Counted from the stretch's first letter, positions 1-10,388 are shown. The stretch is DNA of 64,000 bases from an uncultured Alphaproteobacteria bacterium (GCA_944389095.1 CALXLC010000010.1:22154-86153), one strand, 5' to 3'. Notes: a model not told the origin generated them from the letters alone. Made by a program: numbers and translations.

Positions 1-1903
1 GGAACTCGTGCAGAGGAGGATCCAACAGACGGATAACCACCGGCAGACCTTCCATAATCTTAAACAGATCTTTGAAGTCCTGTTTCTGATAAGGCAGCAG
101 GCGAGCCAGAGCGGCGCGGCGGCCTTCTTCGTTTTCGGACAAAATCATGGCGCGCATATCCGGAATACGCTCTGCGTCAAAGAACATGTGTTCGGTACGG
201 GCCAAACCGATACCCTGAGCACCGAAATCACGAGCCTGTTGAGCGTCTTTCGGCGTTTCGGCGTTAGCACGAACTTCCATGGTGCGGATTTCGTCAACCC
301 AGCTCATCAGTTTTCCGAAATTGCCGGTGTTGGTGTCGGCCTTGACGGTCGGAACCTGACCTTCAATAATCTGGCCTTTGGCACCATCCAGAGAAACCCA
401 GTCGCCTTCTTTAACCACAACGCCTTTGTCGGTAGTCATGGTCTTTTTGGCATAGTCAATATGAATTTCATGAGAACCGGAAACACACGGCGTCCCCATA
501 CCGCGGGCAACAACCGCCGCGTGAGAGGTCATGCCGCCGCGAGCAGTAATAACACCCTGAGAGGCATGCATACCGCCGATATCTTCCGGAGAAGTCTCGT
601 TACGGATAAGGATAACTTTTTCGCCTCTGGCAGCCCAGGCTTCGGCATCTTCGGCATTGAAGACGGCACGGCCGACGGCAGCTCCCGGAGAAGCCGGCAG
701 ACCGGTTGCGATAACATTCTTTTTAGCCTTGGGATCCAGCATCGGATGCAGCAGCTGATCAAGCTGTTCGGCGCCGACGCGCATAATGGCTTCTTCTTTG
801 TTCAGCAGGCCTTCTTCAACCATTTCGACGGCCATGCGGACAGCGGCCTGAGCGGTACGTTTGCCGTTGCGGCACTGCAGCATCCACAGTTTTCCGTGTT
901 CAATGGTAAATTCCATATCCTGCATGTCTTTATAGTGCTGTTCCAGCTTGTTGCGGACATCAACCAGCTCTTTGTACAGGTGCGGCCATTTTTCTTCCAG
1001 AGAAGTACCGTCACCCTTGGAACCCATCGGTTGCGGCGTACGAATACCGGCCACAACATCTTCACCTTGAGCATTAACCAGATATTCGCCGTAATAAACG
1101 TTTTCGCCGGTGGCCGGGTCGCGGGAGAAGCAAACGCCCGTAGCGCAATCATCGCCGGCATTTCCGAAGACCATGGTCTGAACGTTAACGGCAGTACCCC
1201 AGTCGCCCGGAATATTGTTCAACTTACGATAGGTAATGGCGCGGTCGACCATCCAGGAACCGAACACGGCACCGATACCGGCCCACAACTGTTCCCACGG
1301 ATCCTGAGGAACGACTTTACCGATTTTCTGGCCGATTTCTTTGTATTCTTTAACCAATTCTTTAAGATCGTCGGCAGTCAGATCGGTGTCGGACTTATAT
1401 CCCTTGGACTTTTTCATATTTTCCAAAGCTTCTTCATAGAGGTCCAAATCGGCGCCCAAAACAACGTCGGAGAACATCTGCAGGAAGCGGCGATAAGAGT
1501 CATAAGCAAATCTTTCGCTGCCGGAAGCTTTCGCCAGAGCTTTGACTGTTTCGTCATTCAAACCGAGGTTCAAAACGGTATCCATCATACCCGGCATGGA
1601 AACGCGGGCGCCCGAACGGACGGAAAACAGCAGCGGATTGTTGGCATCGGCAAATTTTTTGCCCATGATTTTTTCAACGCTGGCAACGGCGGCTTTAACC
1701 TGGTCCTTCAAATCTGCAGGATAAGTCTTGTTATTATTGTAGTAATACGTGCAAACTTCGGTCGTAACCGTAAATCCGGGAGGCACCGGCAGACCAACCT
1801 TGTTCATTTCAGCCAGGTTGGCACCCTTGCCGCCAAGGAGATTACGCATGCTGGCGTCGCCTTCGGCTTGGCCGTTTCCAAATGTATAAACCCATTTACT
1901 CAT
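1..1903 (-). CDS. ppdK: pyruvate, phosphate dikinase, N-terminal ~634 aa (3' end lies beyond window start)
   Basis: Reverse translation begins MSKWVYTFGNGQAEGDASMRNLLGGKGANLAEMNKVGLPVPPGFTVTTE and continues through GGMTSHAAVVARGMG (phosphohistidine domain); GGAG RBS upstream of ATG at 1903; the 8..1936 plus-strand ORF is its antisense shadow. Confidence 0.9.
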   Translation of the reverse strand, partial: MSKWVYTFGNGQAEGDASMRNLLGGKGANLAEMNKVGLPVPPGFTVTTEVCTYYYNNNKTYPADLKDQVKAAVASVEKIMGKKFADANNPLLFSVRSGARVSMPGMMDTVLNLGLNDETVKALAKASGSERFAYDSYRRFLQMFSDVVLGADLDLYEEALENMKKSKGYKSDTDLTADDLKELVKEYKEIGQKIGKVVPQDPWEQLWAGIGAVFGSWMVDRAITYRKLNNIPGDWGTAVNVQTMVFGNAGDDCATGVCFSRDPATGENVYYGEYLVNAQGEDVVAGIRTPQPMGSKGDGTSLEEKWPHLYKELVDVRNKLEQHYKDMQDMEFTIEHGKLWMLQCRNGKRTAQAAVRMAVEMVEEGLLNKEEAIMRVGAEQLDQLLHPMLDPKAKKNVIATGLPASPGAAVGRAVFNAEDAEAWAARGEKVILIRNETSPEDIGGMHASQGVITARGGMTSHAAVVARGMGTPCVSGSHEIHIDYAKKTMTTDKGVVVKEGDWVSLDGAKGQIIEGQVPTVKADTNTGNFGKLMSWVDEIRTMEVRANAETPKDAQQARDFGAQGIGLARTEHMFFDAERIPDMRAMILSENEEGRRAALARLLPYQKQDFKDLFKIMEGLPVVIRLLDPPLHEF

Positions 1904-1943
1904 GGTGTTAATAGCTCCTTTGTAGCTTTTGGTTAAAACAAAA

Positions 1944-1975
1944 CCGGGCAGGCAGATTCCCCTGCCCGGCGAACT
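1944..1975. promoter_or_regulatory. 9-bp-stem hairpin (ccgggcagg...cctgcccgg) in the ppdK 5' leader, followed on the minus strand by a T-run
   Basis: Inverted repeat read directly; lies between ppdK start and the divergent lipoprotein gene; possible leader attenuator or orphan terminator. Confidence 0.25.
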
Positions 1976-2285
1976 TAATTCGGAGCTAAGTTATACCACC
2001 TTTTGCGATTCTACAAGGGAAAAGTTGCCTAAACCTTTAAATTTGGCTGATTTATGCACATTCGGTTACGGGTTTGGCAACATGCCGCGACTCCTTAACC
2101 AAACACATTTTTGTCGTTTTAGTCAAAACAAGGCTATTCGAGTCAACTGTTAAAATTAAGTTAAAAAGAATGAAAAAACAACCGGATTCACAAGTTTTGC
2201 TTGCCACCGCCCCGGTTTTGTGATATAAATATAATTGACACAAATTTTTATATTCTATTCTTATCCTCATTATTACCGAAGAAAT

Positions 2286-2353
2286 TGGGCGTTTTTGAAA
2301 ATTCATGAGACTAGCATGGCTTATGGTTCAAAAATCGTTCGGCATAATCAGGA
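2286..2353 (+). promoter_or_regulatory. Conserved upstream boxes (ttgggcgtttttga and caaaaatcgttcggcaNaatcagga) shared with the 6303..6371 copy
   Basis: Two sequence blocks with the same ~45-bp spacing recur upstream of both paralogous lipoprotein genes. Confidence 0.35.
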
Positions 2354-2453
2354 TGAATTTATATATTTAGCCGCTCGTATGACCTAACGTGGCATATTCC
2401 CGCAGCGGCATTGAGATCATTTTATTAGTTGTAAAAAATAAAAAAATATAATT

Positions 2454-5207
2454 ATGAAAGAATTTAGATTTTTCGCTGCTATGATCGCAGCTGTTATGTC
2501 GTTAATTTTTTCTGCAGTGATGACAAGCTGCAGCCCGGAAGACGATTTTAACATGTCCGGGAATTTGAACGGTAACGAACAACCGGTCACTCCCGTCGAC
2601 GCCGACTGGTACCTTAGCGATGCTATCCGTAAGGATTGCGTATTCGTTAAGGATTCGACCCACACCAATGAGCCGAATGATTCTGAAGTTTCAATCCTGA
2701 TGTCAGGACTGAAATATTTTGAATTAACAGTCGATGGACTGTTGTCTGACAAAAATAACGTGGAAGAAGGTCGTGATACGACATTCACCCGCGGCTACAA
2801 TGTCAAATTGGCGGCTACGGTTGCCAATTACAAAGTCGTTTTGATGGATGAAGGTATGACACTGCCGGATTCCGTTGAAATGAAAGACGGAATGTTCTCA
2901 GTATGCAATACTGAGATGCCGGTGACCATTCTCCCTGTTGACGACGTCAACCTGACCGTTAACTGCGGCCCGAAAGGAGAAAATCCGATTGAATTTTCAA
3001 CAAACACGGAAAATGCTGACTATCGCCTCGAAACAAGCAAAATTACACGCGCGTATATTTTGTTTGGTCACAAAGGCGCAGCCATGACCCGTGCAACAGT
3101 TGAAACTTCCAAGGATGCTGAAATCCACTTCGTCTGCGAAGACGGTTTGGATTTGGTGTATAGCTATACGGCTATCATCAGTACAACTTTGGAGGAAAAA
3201 GAAGTTATTACAACTGAGTTTATTGACTTAACCAGCGATGGTTACGTTAAGTACGACGTTGTAAGAACTAAATTGCCGGAAGGTACGGTAACCCGTTACC
3301 CTGGACAAGTTCCGGTAAATGCTGAATTAATTGCCCAGGCAATTGAAAGCAGCATCCAAACGACAGCCGGCATCAGCCTTACTTCTGCAGATGAACTCGA
3401 ATACACCAACGCTCGTAACTATCAATTCTCTTTCAACAAATTCAACTCACTGGTTAACGCATCTTACGTTAACTCTGTAGAAGTTGAGTTTGAGGGAAAG
3501 AACTACACTGTAGTTATCCCGGGCTCTGTATGGGTTGCATTCAGCGGTGCAAGCGAACCGACTGTTGATTCCAACAGCAACGAGAACTATACGTTGTACA
3601 CTTACACGTTAGGCTACAACCTGACATGGAAGAACAATGAAATCGCTCGCCCCTTCATGACCGCTACCACCTCTTTCACAGAGATGATTGAAAAGGTCAA
3701 CGACGAAGTGGAGGGCATCGACCTGACAATCAAAGAAAACGGTAACAATACCGTAACTTTGGAAGTCATCGAGCACCACACCGTCAATGGAGACGTTGTT
3801 GTTGCAACATGGACAGTTCCGGCAGGATTAAGCGTATCCTGCACGCCGGAATTCAATATAGAAGACGCCAACCTGATGCTCACTGGCGGTTCTGTTAGCA
3901 CTGTTGCTAATTGGACAAGCCAGGGAACAGAAAAGCTGAGCAACGAAGTTTCTGCAACCAAAATTGCAAAAACTTTCGCAGCAAGCTTCAACCATGGTGT
4001 TGACAGAGACGTTACCGTTTCCCAATACGAAACGTATACTGTTAACTACAACGGCGAAAGCTACTCAGCTTCTGTAAGCCGTGCAAACCTTGCACAGCCG
4101 GCTATCAAGCTGACGTCAGAAGTAGATAACAACGAAAAGTCTGAAAAGACTTGGACTGTTAGCTATTCTGCTTCTACAGAGAAGAACAGCGCCTCTGCAA
4201 CTCAGAAATGGGTTGTAACCAGCGAAAAGTCAAATGATATCGTTGACCGCCTTGTCGGCAATGAAGTCATTACTCTGGAGGGAAATAATTTCTTCCGTAA
4301 CGTAAACGTTACTCCGGTTTATTCTGTAACCGGCAAAGGTAATGCTTACACGGCAAAAATTAACACCAATTTCTCTGTAACCGACAACGGTACAATCGTT
4401 GTTTACGGAGACCTTGGCAATCTCTCATTAAGTAGCGAAAACACTGCTAACGTTTCTGCAATCAGAAACGACAGCATTGAAGGTTCCAGAACAAAGACAA
4501 CAGCCGTTTATTCTATCAATGACAAGTTCCCGTCTCTCTATATTGAGATTGACGGTGTGGCTAGTCTGTATGGAACACGTCTGATGACTTTGGTTCCGAC
4601 CACCAACGCTACAATAAATGCAACTGGTGAAAACTTCAAGGACGGTTTGTATACAGTTAATGTTTACAACATCGTCTATACCATTATTGTAGACGGTAAG
4701 AGTGTTAACCACACTCAGAGACTTGAGAACTATGTTCTTAATCTCGACAATACCATCTCTGGTCTTGAAGTTGATCCCAATAGAATTGGATCTTTTGCTC
4801 GGACAGAAGTTTATAACAATGCCCGCAGCACAAAGAGCCAAATTGACGCCGGAATCTTCCAGGAAATCGCTAACCCGTCAGTAAAGCACTTCGTTGCTTT
4901 TGACGTAGCCAGCGGCGCCGTTTTGGTTAACACCGTTGTTTCTGCAAGCGAACTTTCTGTTCTTGATTCCAAGAACGGTTATTGCTCTTTGCTGAAACTG
5001 GATAACCAAAAACCGGCTGTTCTCTATGGAAATCTGAGCGGCAATAACTACAAACAGGGCTTTGAATACAAAGCCCTTGCTGATGGCGAACTGAATACCT
5101 TCTCCGACGCTTCAATTACGTTGGAAAGATATTCTAACCCGTTGATTGACACCCTGGTTTCTCAAGGTGCTTACTATCAAATGGGTTCTGACACGATTTA
5201 CAAATAA
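2454..5207 (+). CDS. Large surface lipoprotein, paralog A (917 aa), one copy of the ~178-aa repeat module
   Basis: Signal peptide plus lipobox (AVMTSC); N-terminal ~420 aa and C-terminal ~330 aa collinear with the 6400..10218 protein; Asn/Thr/Ser-rich. Confidence 0.8.
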   Translation: MKEFRFFAAMIAAVMSLIFSAVMTSCSPEDDFNMSGNLNGNEQPVTPVDADWYLSDAIRKDCVFVKDSTHTNEPNDSEVSILMSGLKYFELTVDGLLSDKNNVEEGRDTTFTRGYNVKLAATVANYKVVLMDEGMTLPDSVEMKDGMFSVCNTEMPVTILPVDDVNLTVNCGPKGENPIEFSTNTENADYRLETSKITRAYILFGHKGAAMTRATVETSKDAEIHFVCEDGLDLVYSYTAIISTTLEEKEVITTEFIDLTSDGYVKYDVVRTKLPEGTVTRYPGQVPVNAELIAQAIESSIQTTAGISLTSADELEYTNARNYQFSFNKFNSLVNASYVNSVEVEFEGKNYTVVIPGSVWVAFSGASEPTVDSNSNENYTLYTYTLGYNLTWKNNEIARPFMTATTSFTEMIEKVNDEVEGIDLTIKENGNNTVTLEVIEHHTVNGDVVVATWTVPAGLSVSCTPEFNIEDANLMLTGGSVSTVANWTSQGTEKLSNEVSATKIAKTFAASFNHGVDRDVTVSQYETYTVNYNGESYSASVSRANLAQPAIKLTSEVDNNEKSEKTWTVSYSASTEKNSASATQKWVVTSEKSNDIVDRLVGNEVITLEGNNFFRNVNVTPVYSVTGKGNAYTAKINTNFSVTDNGTIVVYGDLGNLSLSSENTANVSAIRNDSIEGSRTKTTAVYSINDKFPSLYIEIDGVASLYGTRLMTLVPTTNATINATGENFKDGLYTVNVYNIVYTIIVDGKSVNHTQRLENYVLNLDNTISGLEVDPNRIGSFARTEVYNNARSTKSQIDAGIFQEIANPSVKHFVAFDVASGAVLVNTVVSASELSVLDSKNGYCSLLKLDNQKPAVLYGNLSGNNYKQGFEYKALADGELNTFSDASITLERYSNPLIDTLVSQGAYYQMGSDTIYK

Positions 5208-5355
5208 TCGCACACATAAATTCAAATCCTGACAGATGCCAAAGGATTTAAAACTATCGGGCATGTTTTAGTTAAAAAAAATTTTTCAAAACTCGCCGGG
5301 CTCGGAATATGAAACGTGTTTTCGTTTTCCCTGTTCGGCCTCAAAACCCAAAAAT

Positions 5356-6066
5356 ATGTTACGAAATATCATATTGGCAGTATTTATGCTTTTGGCTGCC
5401 GCAACTGCTACAAAAGCACAAGTCGTTATTAACACCGTTGCCGATACAACGGCTGTTAACAACGAAGTGGTAACCTCCAAAGAATCCACCAAGTGGATTC
5501 CAAAAGACGGGAACCATACGATGTACATAAGCCTCAGCGGGGCTTATGACAACGAATTTGAGGCTTTTGGTGGCAGCCTCGAATTAGGTTATTTCAACCA
5601 CCGAAATAAGGTCCCCTTCCGAGTATTTATAAAAGGGGATTATTACTCCGACGGCCGGGCGGCTTATGCTGCCGGTCTGGGTATCGGAATTATTCCGAAA
5701 GCCCAAAGTCGGATAAATCTCTGGTTGGACGCCTATGCAGGCTACACCGACCAGATTAAAGGTGTCACCATTGATCGCGAGATCAACGGAGACATCGAAG
5801 GCTGGCTCAAAGACAGCCCAAAAATCTTTGAAAAAGAATTCTACGCCGGCGCCCGCGTCGAGGTGGAATTCAAAGTAAGTAAAAAATTCTCAATCCTCGC
5901 AAGAGGTGGAATGGATTATTTACCCAGTAACGGCTCACAACTGGTATACGATGTGAGCGAGGATTTTTCCGGTAACATCGACGTTGACACAACGACGAAA
6001 AAGCTGGAGGAATCAATCAAGAAATTCTCTCTGAAAGGAGAGGTCGGTTTCCGGCTTTACTTCTAG
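5356..6066 (+). CDS. Small outer-membrane beta-barrel protein (OmpA-like/Omp25-type fold)
   Basis: Signal peptide ending AQ; alternating amphipathic strands; C-terminal GFRLYF aromatic terminus typical of OMP barrels. Confidence 0.7.
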   Translation: MLRNIILAVFMLLAAATATKAQVVINTVADTTAVNNEVVTSKESTKWIPKDGNHTMYISLSGAYDNEFEAFGGSLELGYFNHRNKVPFRVFIKGDYYSDGRAAYAAGLGIGIIPKAQSRINLWLDAYAGYTDQIKGVTIDREINGDIEGWLKDSPKIFEKEFYAGARVEVEFKVSKKFSILARGGMDYLPSNGSQLVYDVSEDFSGNIDVDTTTKKLEESIKKFSLKGEVGFRLYF

Positions 6067-6083
6067 TAAGGAGATTTCGGGGA

Positions 6084-6123
6084 AACAGCTGCTGACGCAA
6101 GTCGGCGGCTGTTTCTTTTTTTA
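6084..6123 (+). terminator. Rho-independent terminator after the OMP gene
   Basis: aaacagctgctgacgcaagtcggcggctgttt hairpin followed by an 8-T run. Confidence 0.6.
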
Positions 6124-6302
6124 GTCTTTGGAAACCCCGTCATCCCGCCACTTCTGCCGCATACAATCCCGCTGCGCCTGTTTTGTCAAAAGGCATGTTA
6201 AAATAATGTGACAAAATCATAATTTCAATACTTTTACATTGAAATTATAGCCATTTCGGACTATAATAATACTCGACAAAAATTATTTAACAAATTATGA
6301 TT

Positions 6303-6371
6303 TTGGGCGTTTTTGAGCGTGAAAGCTAACGTGTTATTTTCACCCCTCAAAAATCGTTCGGCAAATCAGGA
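6303..6371 (+). promoter_or_regulatory. Second copy of the conserved upstream boxes (see 2286..2353)
   Basis: ttgggcgtttttga and ctcaaaaatcgttcggcaaatcagga upstream of lipoprotein B. Confidence 0.35.
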
Positions 6372-6399
6372 AAATTATTAACTAAAAAACCATAACAGC

Positions 6400-9300
6400 A
6401 TGAAGAAAAAGAGTTTTTTCGCTGCTTTTGCAGCACTGTGTGTGATGATTTTGTCAGCCATAACGCTGACAGGCTGTTCCCCCGACGATGAATTCAATAT
6501 GTCGGGAAACCTGAACGGAAACGGAGAACCAACCCCGGATCCTGATTCCGAATGGTATCTGGACGATGTCTGGAAAAACCAATGCGTGTTTGTGCGGGAT
6601 TCAACCCACACCAACACCCCTAACGATTCGGAATCATCAATCGCCATGAGCGGTTTGAAGTATTTTGAACTGACCATCGGCGGAACCTTGGCGGACAGAA
6701 ACGAACTGGCATCTGTCCGGGATACCGGCTTTGTCCGCGGCTACAACGTAAATCTGGCGGCAACCGTTGCCAATTACAAAGTAGTCCTCAAGGACGAAGG
6801 ACAAAATCTCCCTGATTCGGTAGAGATGAAAGACGGCAAATTTACCGTCTGCAACTCTGAAATGCCGGTAACGATTTTGCCGGTGGAAGACGTTTCGCTG
6901 ACCGTCAACGGCGGTCCCGACGGACAAACCGAGTTTGTTTTCGGCACCGATAAAGCCGACGATTTCAAGCTGGAAAGCTCTGAAATCACCAGAGGATACA
7001 TCCTCTTTGGCAAGAAAGGCGCTCTGCAGACCCGGGCCGTTGTGGAAGAAACCACCATCCCGGCAGAAATCCATTTTGTCTGCAAAGACGGTTTGGATTT
7101 GATTTACGGCTATACGGCGGTAATTGCCACTTCGCTGGAAGAACGGGACGAAATTACCGCGGAATTCGTAGACATTACCGATGACGGCTATGTCAAATAC
7201 GAAATTACCCGCACCCACCTTCCCGACGGAACGGTAAACCGCTATCCGGGAATGATCCCCGTCAACGCCGAACTGACTGCTGCGGCAATTGAAAATCAGA
7301 TAAGCGAAAATCCGGGCATCAACTTGACTTCTGCCAGAGAGCGGGAGTACGCCGATGCCGGAGATTACAACTTTGTCTACAACAAGTTCAATTCAACCGT
7401 TAATGCCTCATACATTAATTCGGTAACAGTTGAATTTGAGGGCAATCCTTATCAGATTGAAATTCCCGGCGGTGTATGGGTTACTCAGGCCGGCATCAGC
7501 CAACCCGTGATTGATACCAAAAGCAATGACGATTACACGCTGTATACTTACACGCTGAATTATAACCTGACGTGGAAATACAACGAAATCGCCCGTCCTT
7601 TCAAATATGCCGAAACCACCTTTACGGAATTGGTAGAAAAAGAAAATGACGAAATTGCCGACACTCAGCTGATTCTGACCGAAAACGGCAACAACACCGT
7701 TAAGCTTGAACTGGTTGAGTATCACACCGTCAATCCGGATGTAACCTTAGGCACCTGGGTAGTCCCTGCAGGATTACGTCTCAGCTGTACCCCGGAATTT
7801 ACGATTGAAGACGCCAATCTGGCCCTGAGCGGCGGCGACATTTCGGCCTTGACCTCTTGGACCGCAAACGGTTCGGAACAAGTAACCGACAATGTGACGG
7901 CAACTCGTATCAGCCGGACTTACTCGGCAACCTTCAACCATGGAACGGACCGCGAAATAGAATTCTCTCAATACGAAACCTTTACGGTTTCTTATGAAAA
8001 CAGAACCTATTCCGCATCTGTTGACCGGGCTGCTTTGGAAAGACCGAATATCGAGCTGACCCGCGAGGTCGAGACAACCGAGCTGAGTCAAAAGATTTGG
8101 ACGGTAACTTATACCGCTCAGACCGCAGTCAACGAAGTTGACGCAACTCAGATTTGGACAATCACCCAAAACAAAACGGAAGATACCGGAAACATTGAGC
8201 TGACCGCTCAGGAAAGCGCAAACAATACCGTAACGCTGACCCTGACGGAATATCATACAACCGGAGAAAACACCGTTTTGGGAACCTGGGTTGTCCCCAA
8301 CGGCTTGACCCTGACCTGCACACCTGAGTTCAGCCGTGAAAACGCCGACCAAAGTCTGACCGGCGGAGACCTGAGCACCGTATCGGATTGGAGGGAATCA
8401 ACCACCGAAAGAATTACCGACAACGTAAAGGCCACCCGGATACACAAAACCTATTCGGCAGCCTTTAATCAGGGAACCGACCGCAACATCTCCCTTTCAC
8501 AATACGAAACCTACATTGTAACTTATAATAATGTAGATTATTCGGCATCTGTGAGCCGTGCGGAGATGAATCAAACCGAAATCAGCCTGAGCAGAGAAAG
8601 CGATACTTCGGAAAGATCCGAAACAATCTGGAATGTTGTTTACAGTGCGCACACCGTAAGCAACAGCACCAATGCTTCGCAAATCTGGACGATTTATCAA
8701 AACAAGGAACAGGACGAAGTTGAAAAAATCGAGCTGAGCATTCAGGAAAACGGCAACAACACCGTTACCCTGAACCTGACTGAGTATCATACGCTCAACA
8801 ACGACGTCTTGCTGGTATCTCAAACCGTTCCGGCCGGATTAAGCGTATCCTGCACGCCGGAATTCAACATTGAGAATGACAACACCAGCCTCACCGGAGG
8901 TTCCGTCAGCACCGTCTCGGACTGGAGCAGTCAGGGAACCCGGAATCTGGGAAATAATGTAACGGCAACCCAAATTGCCAAAACATTCTCAGCCGCATTC
9001 AACCATGGAACGGACCGCAATATTACGGTATCTCAGTATGAAAGATTTACGCTGACATACCAAAACACCGAATATTCGGCTTCTGTTATCCGTGCCACTC
9101 TTGACAATGCGGTCATCGGTCAGCCGAGCATTGTAGACAATGCCCAAATGACTCAGAGGAGCTATCCCGTCAGCTACACGGCAAAAACAGCACGAAACAG
9201 CGCAAGCGGTAACCAAACATGGGTTATCACCAGCGAAAAGCCCGATAACATCGTCGACTACCTTGTCGGCAGTGAAGTTATCACTCTCGAAGGAAATCAA

Positions 9301-10218
9301 TATTTCCGCAATGTGAGCGTGACCCCGGTATATTCCGTCTCCGGCAACGGCAGGCCTTATACCGCCAAAATAAACACGCAGTTCACTGTTTCTGACAACG
9401 GAACCATTGTTGTCACCGGAGAAATGGGAAATCTCTCACTGACCCGTGAAACAACTTCAAACATTTCCGCTATCAGAAATGACAGCGTAACCGGCAACCG
9501 GACCAGAACCACATCTGTTTACGCCATCGGCGGCCAAAACCCGATACTCTACACGGAGATTGACGGAGTAGCTGCTCTGCATGGAAAACAGCTGATGACG
9601 CTGGTTCCGGCAACTTCAGCGGTTATTGAAAACACCGGAGAAACTTATCAGGACGGATTATACACCGTGACGGTATACAACATTGTTTATACCATTACCG
9701 TGGACGGCAAGAGCGTTAACCATACGCAAAGACTTGAGAACCGTGTTCTCAATGCTGAGCCGACCATTCCCGGACTGGAAGTTGATCCTGACCGGATTGG
9801 CTCATTTGCCCGCACGGAAGTTTACAACAACGCCCGCAGCATAAAGAGCCAGATTGACGCCGGAATCTTCCGTGAAATAGACAACCCGTCCGTAAAGCAC
9901 TTCGTTGCTTTTGACGTAGCCAGCGGCGCCGTTTTGGTTAACACCGTTGTTTCTGCAAGCGAACTTTCTGTTCTTGATTCCAAGAACGGTTATTGCTCTT
10001 TGTTGAAACTGGATAACCAGCAGCCTGCCGTTCTTTACGGAAATCTGAGCGGCAATAACTACAAACAGGGCTTCGAATACAAAGCCCTCGCAAGTGGTGA
10101 ATTAAATACCTTCTCCGACGCCTCAATTACGTTGGAAAGGTATTCTAACCCCTTGATTAACACCCTGGTTTCCAGAGGCGGTTATTATCAAATGGGTTCG
10201 GACACCATTTACAAATAA
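6400..10218 (+). CDS. Large surface lipoprotein, paralog B (1272 aa), three tandem copies of the ~178-aa repeat module
   Basis: Signal peptide plus lipobox (ITLTGC); N- and C-terminal regions homologous to paralog A; last ~130 codons nearly identical at DNA level to 4820..5207. Confidence 0.8.
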   Translation: MKKKSFFAAFAALCVMILSAITLTGCSPDDEFNMSGNLNGNGEPTPDPDSEWYLDDVWKNQCVFVRDSTHTNTPNDSESSIAMSGLKYFELTIGGTLADRNELASVRDTGFVRGYNVNLAATVANYKVVLKDEGQNLPDSVEMKDGKFTVCNSEMPVTILPVEDVSLTVNGGPDGQTEFVFGTDKADDFKLESSEITRGYILFGKKGALQTRAVVEETTIPAEIHFVCKDGLDLIYGYTAVIATSLEERDEITAEFVDITDDGYVKYEITRTHLPDGTVNRYPGMIPVNAELTAAAIENQISENPGINLTSAREREYADAGDYNFVYNKFNSTVNASYINSVTVEFEGNPYQIEIPGGVWVTQAGISQPVIDTKSNDDYTLYTYTLNYNLTWKYNEIARPFKYAETTFTELVEKENDEIADTQLILTENGNNTVKLELVEYHTVNPDVTLGTWVVPAGLRLSCTPEFTIEDANLALSGGDISALTSWTANGSEQVTDNVTATRISRTYSATFNHGTDREIEFSQYETFTVSYENRTYSASVDRAALERPNIELTREVETTELSQKIWTVTYTAQTAVNEVDATQIWTITQNKTEDTGNIELTAQESANNTVTLTLTEYHTTGENTVLGTWVVPNGLTLTCTPEFSRENADQSLTGGDLSTVSDWRESTTERITDNVKATRIHKTYSAAFNQGTDRNISLSQYETYIVTYNNVDYSASVSRAEMNQTEISLSRESDTSERSETIWNVVYSAHTVSNSTNASQIWTIYQNKEQDEVEKIELSIQENGNNTVTLNLTEYHTLNNDVLLVSQTVPAGLSVSCTPEFNIENDNTSLTGGSVSTVSDWSSQGTRNLGNNVTATQIAKTFSAAFNHGTDRNITVSQYERFTLTYQNTEYSASVIRATLDNAVIGQPSIVDNAQMTQRSYPVSYTAKTARNSASGNQTWVITSEKPDNIVDYLVGSEVITLEGNQYFRNVSVTPVYSVSGNGRPYTAKINTQFTVSDNGTIVVTGEMGNLSLTRETTSNISAIRNDSVTGNRTRTTSVYAIGGQNPILYTEIDGVAALHGKQLMTLVPATSAVIENTGETYQDGLYTVTVYNIVYTITVDGKSVNHTQRLENRVLNAEPTIPGLEVDPDRIGSFARTEVYNNARSIKSQIDAGIFREIDNPSVKHFVAFDVASGAVLVNTVVSASELSVLDSKNGYCSLLKLDNQQPAVLYGNLSGNNYKQGFEYKALASGELNTFSDASITLERYSNPLINTLVSRGGYYQMGSDTIYK
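7672..9270 (+). repeat. Intragenic tandem repeat, 3 x ~534 bp (each ~178 aa: NNTVtLxLxEYHT...TPEF...ATrI.kT.SAaFNhGTDR...SQYET...YSASV)
   Basis: Three successive protein segments of lipoprotein B align with each other and with the single module at ~3735..4270 of paralog A; 38-nt identical stretch (ccggcaggattaagcgtatcctgcacgccggaattcaa) at 3820 and 8822. Confidence 0.7.
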
Positions 10219-10244
10219 TCCTGAATTGCCGTATCCCTTCAGAA

Positions 10245-10287
10245 GAAACAGCCGCCGGATTTTCCGGCCGCTGTTTCTTTTTTTTTA
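10245..10287 (+). terminator. Rho-independent terminator after lipoprotein B
   Basis: gaaacagccgccggattttccggccgctgtttc hairpin plus 10-T run; same aaacagc...gctgttt stem motif as the 6084 terminator. Confidence 0.65.
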
Positions 10288-10388
10288 AATTCCGCGTTAT
10301 CCACATATCTCCCGCCATTTGCAAAATAAATAAAATTTTAAAATAATAACTATATACTGTCTGCAAACATGGATTAAGGAGAAACAAA

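Noticed and set aside
8-1936. 642-aa plus-strand ORF
   Set aside because: Low-complexity, non-protein-like translation. It is the antisense shadow of the clearly recognisable ppdK gene on the minus strand.
6637-8823. Several 100-190-aa minus-strand ORFs inside lipoprotein B (6637..7218, 7774..8352, 8497..8823 etc.)
   Set aside because: Antisense to a well-supported long CDS. Repetitive, Gly/Val/Phe-rich translations typical of reverse-frame artefacts.
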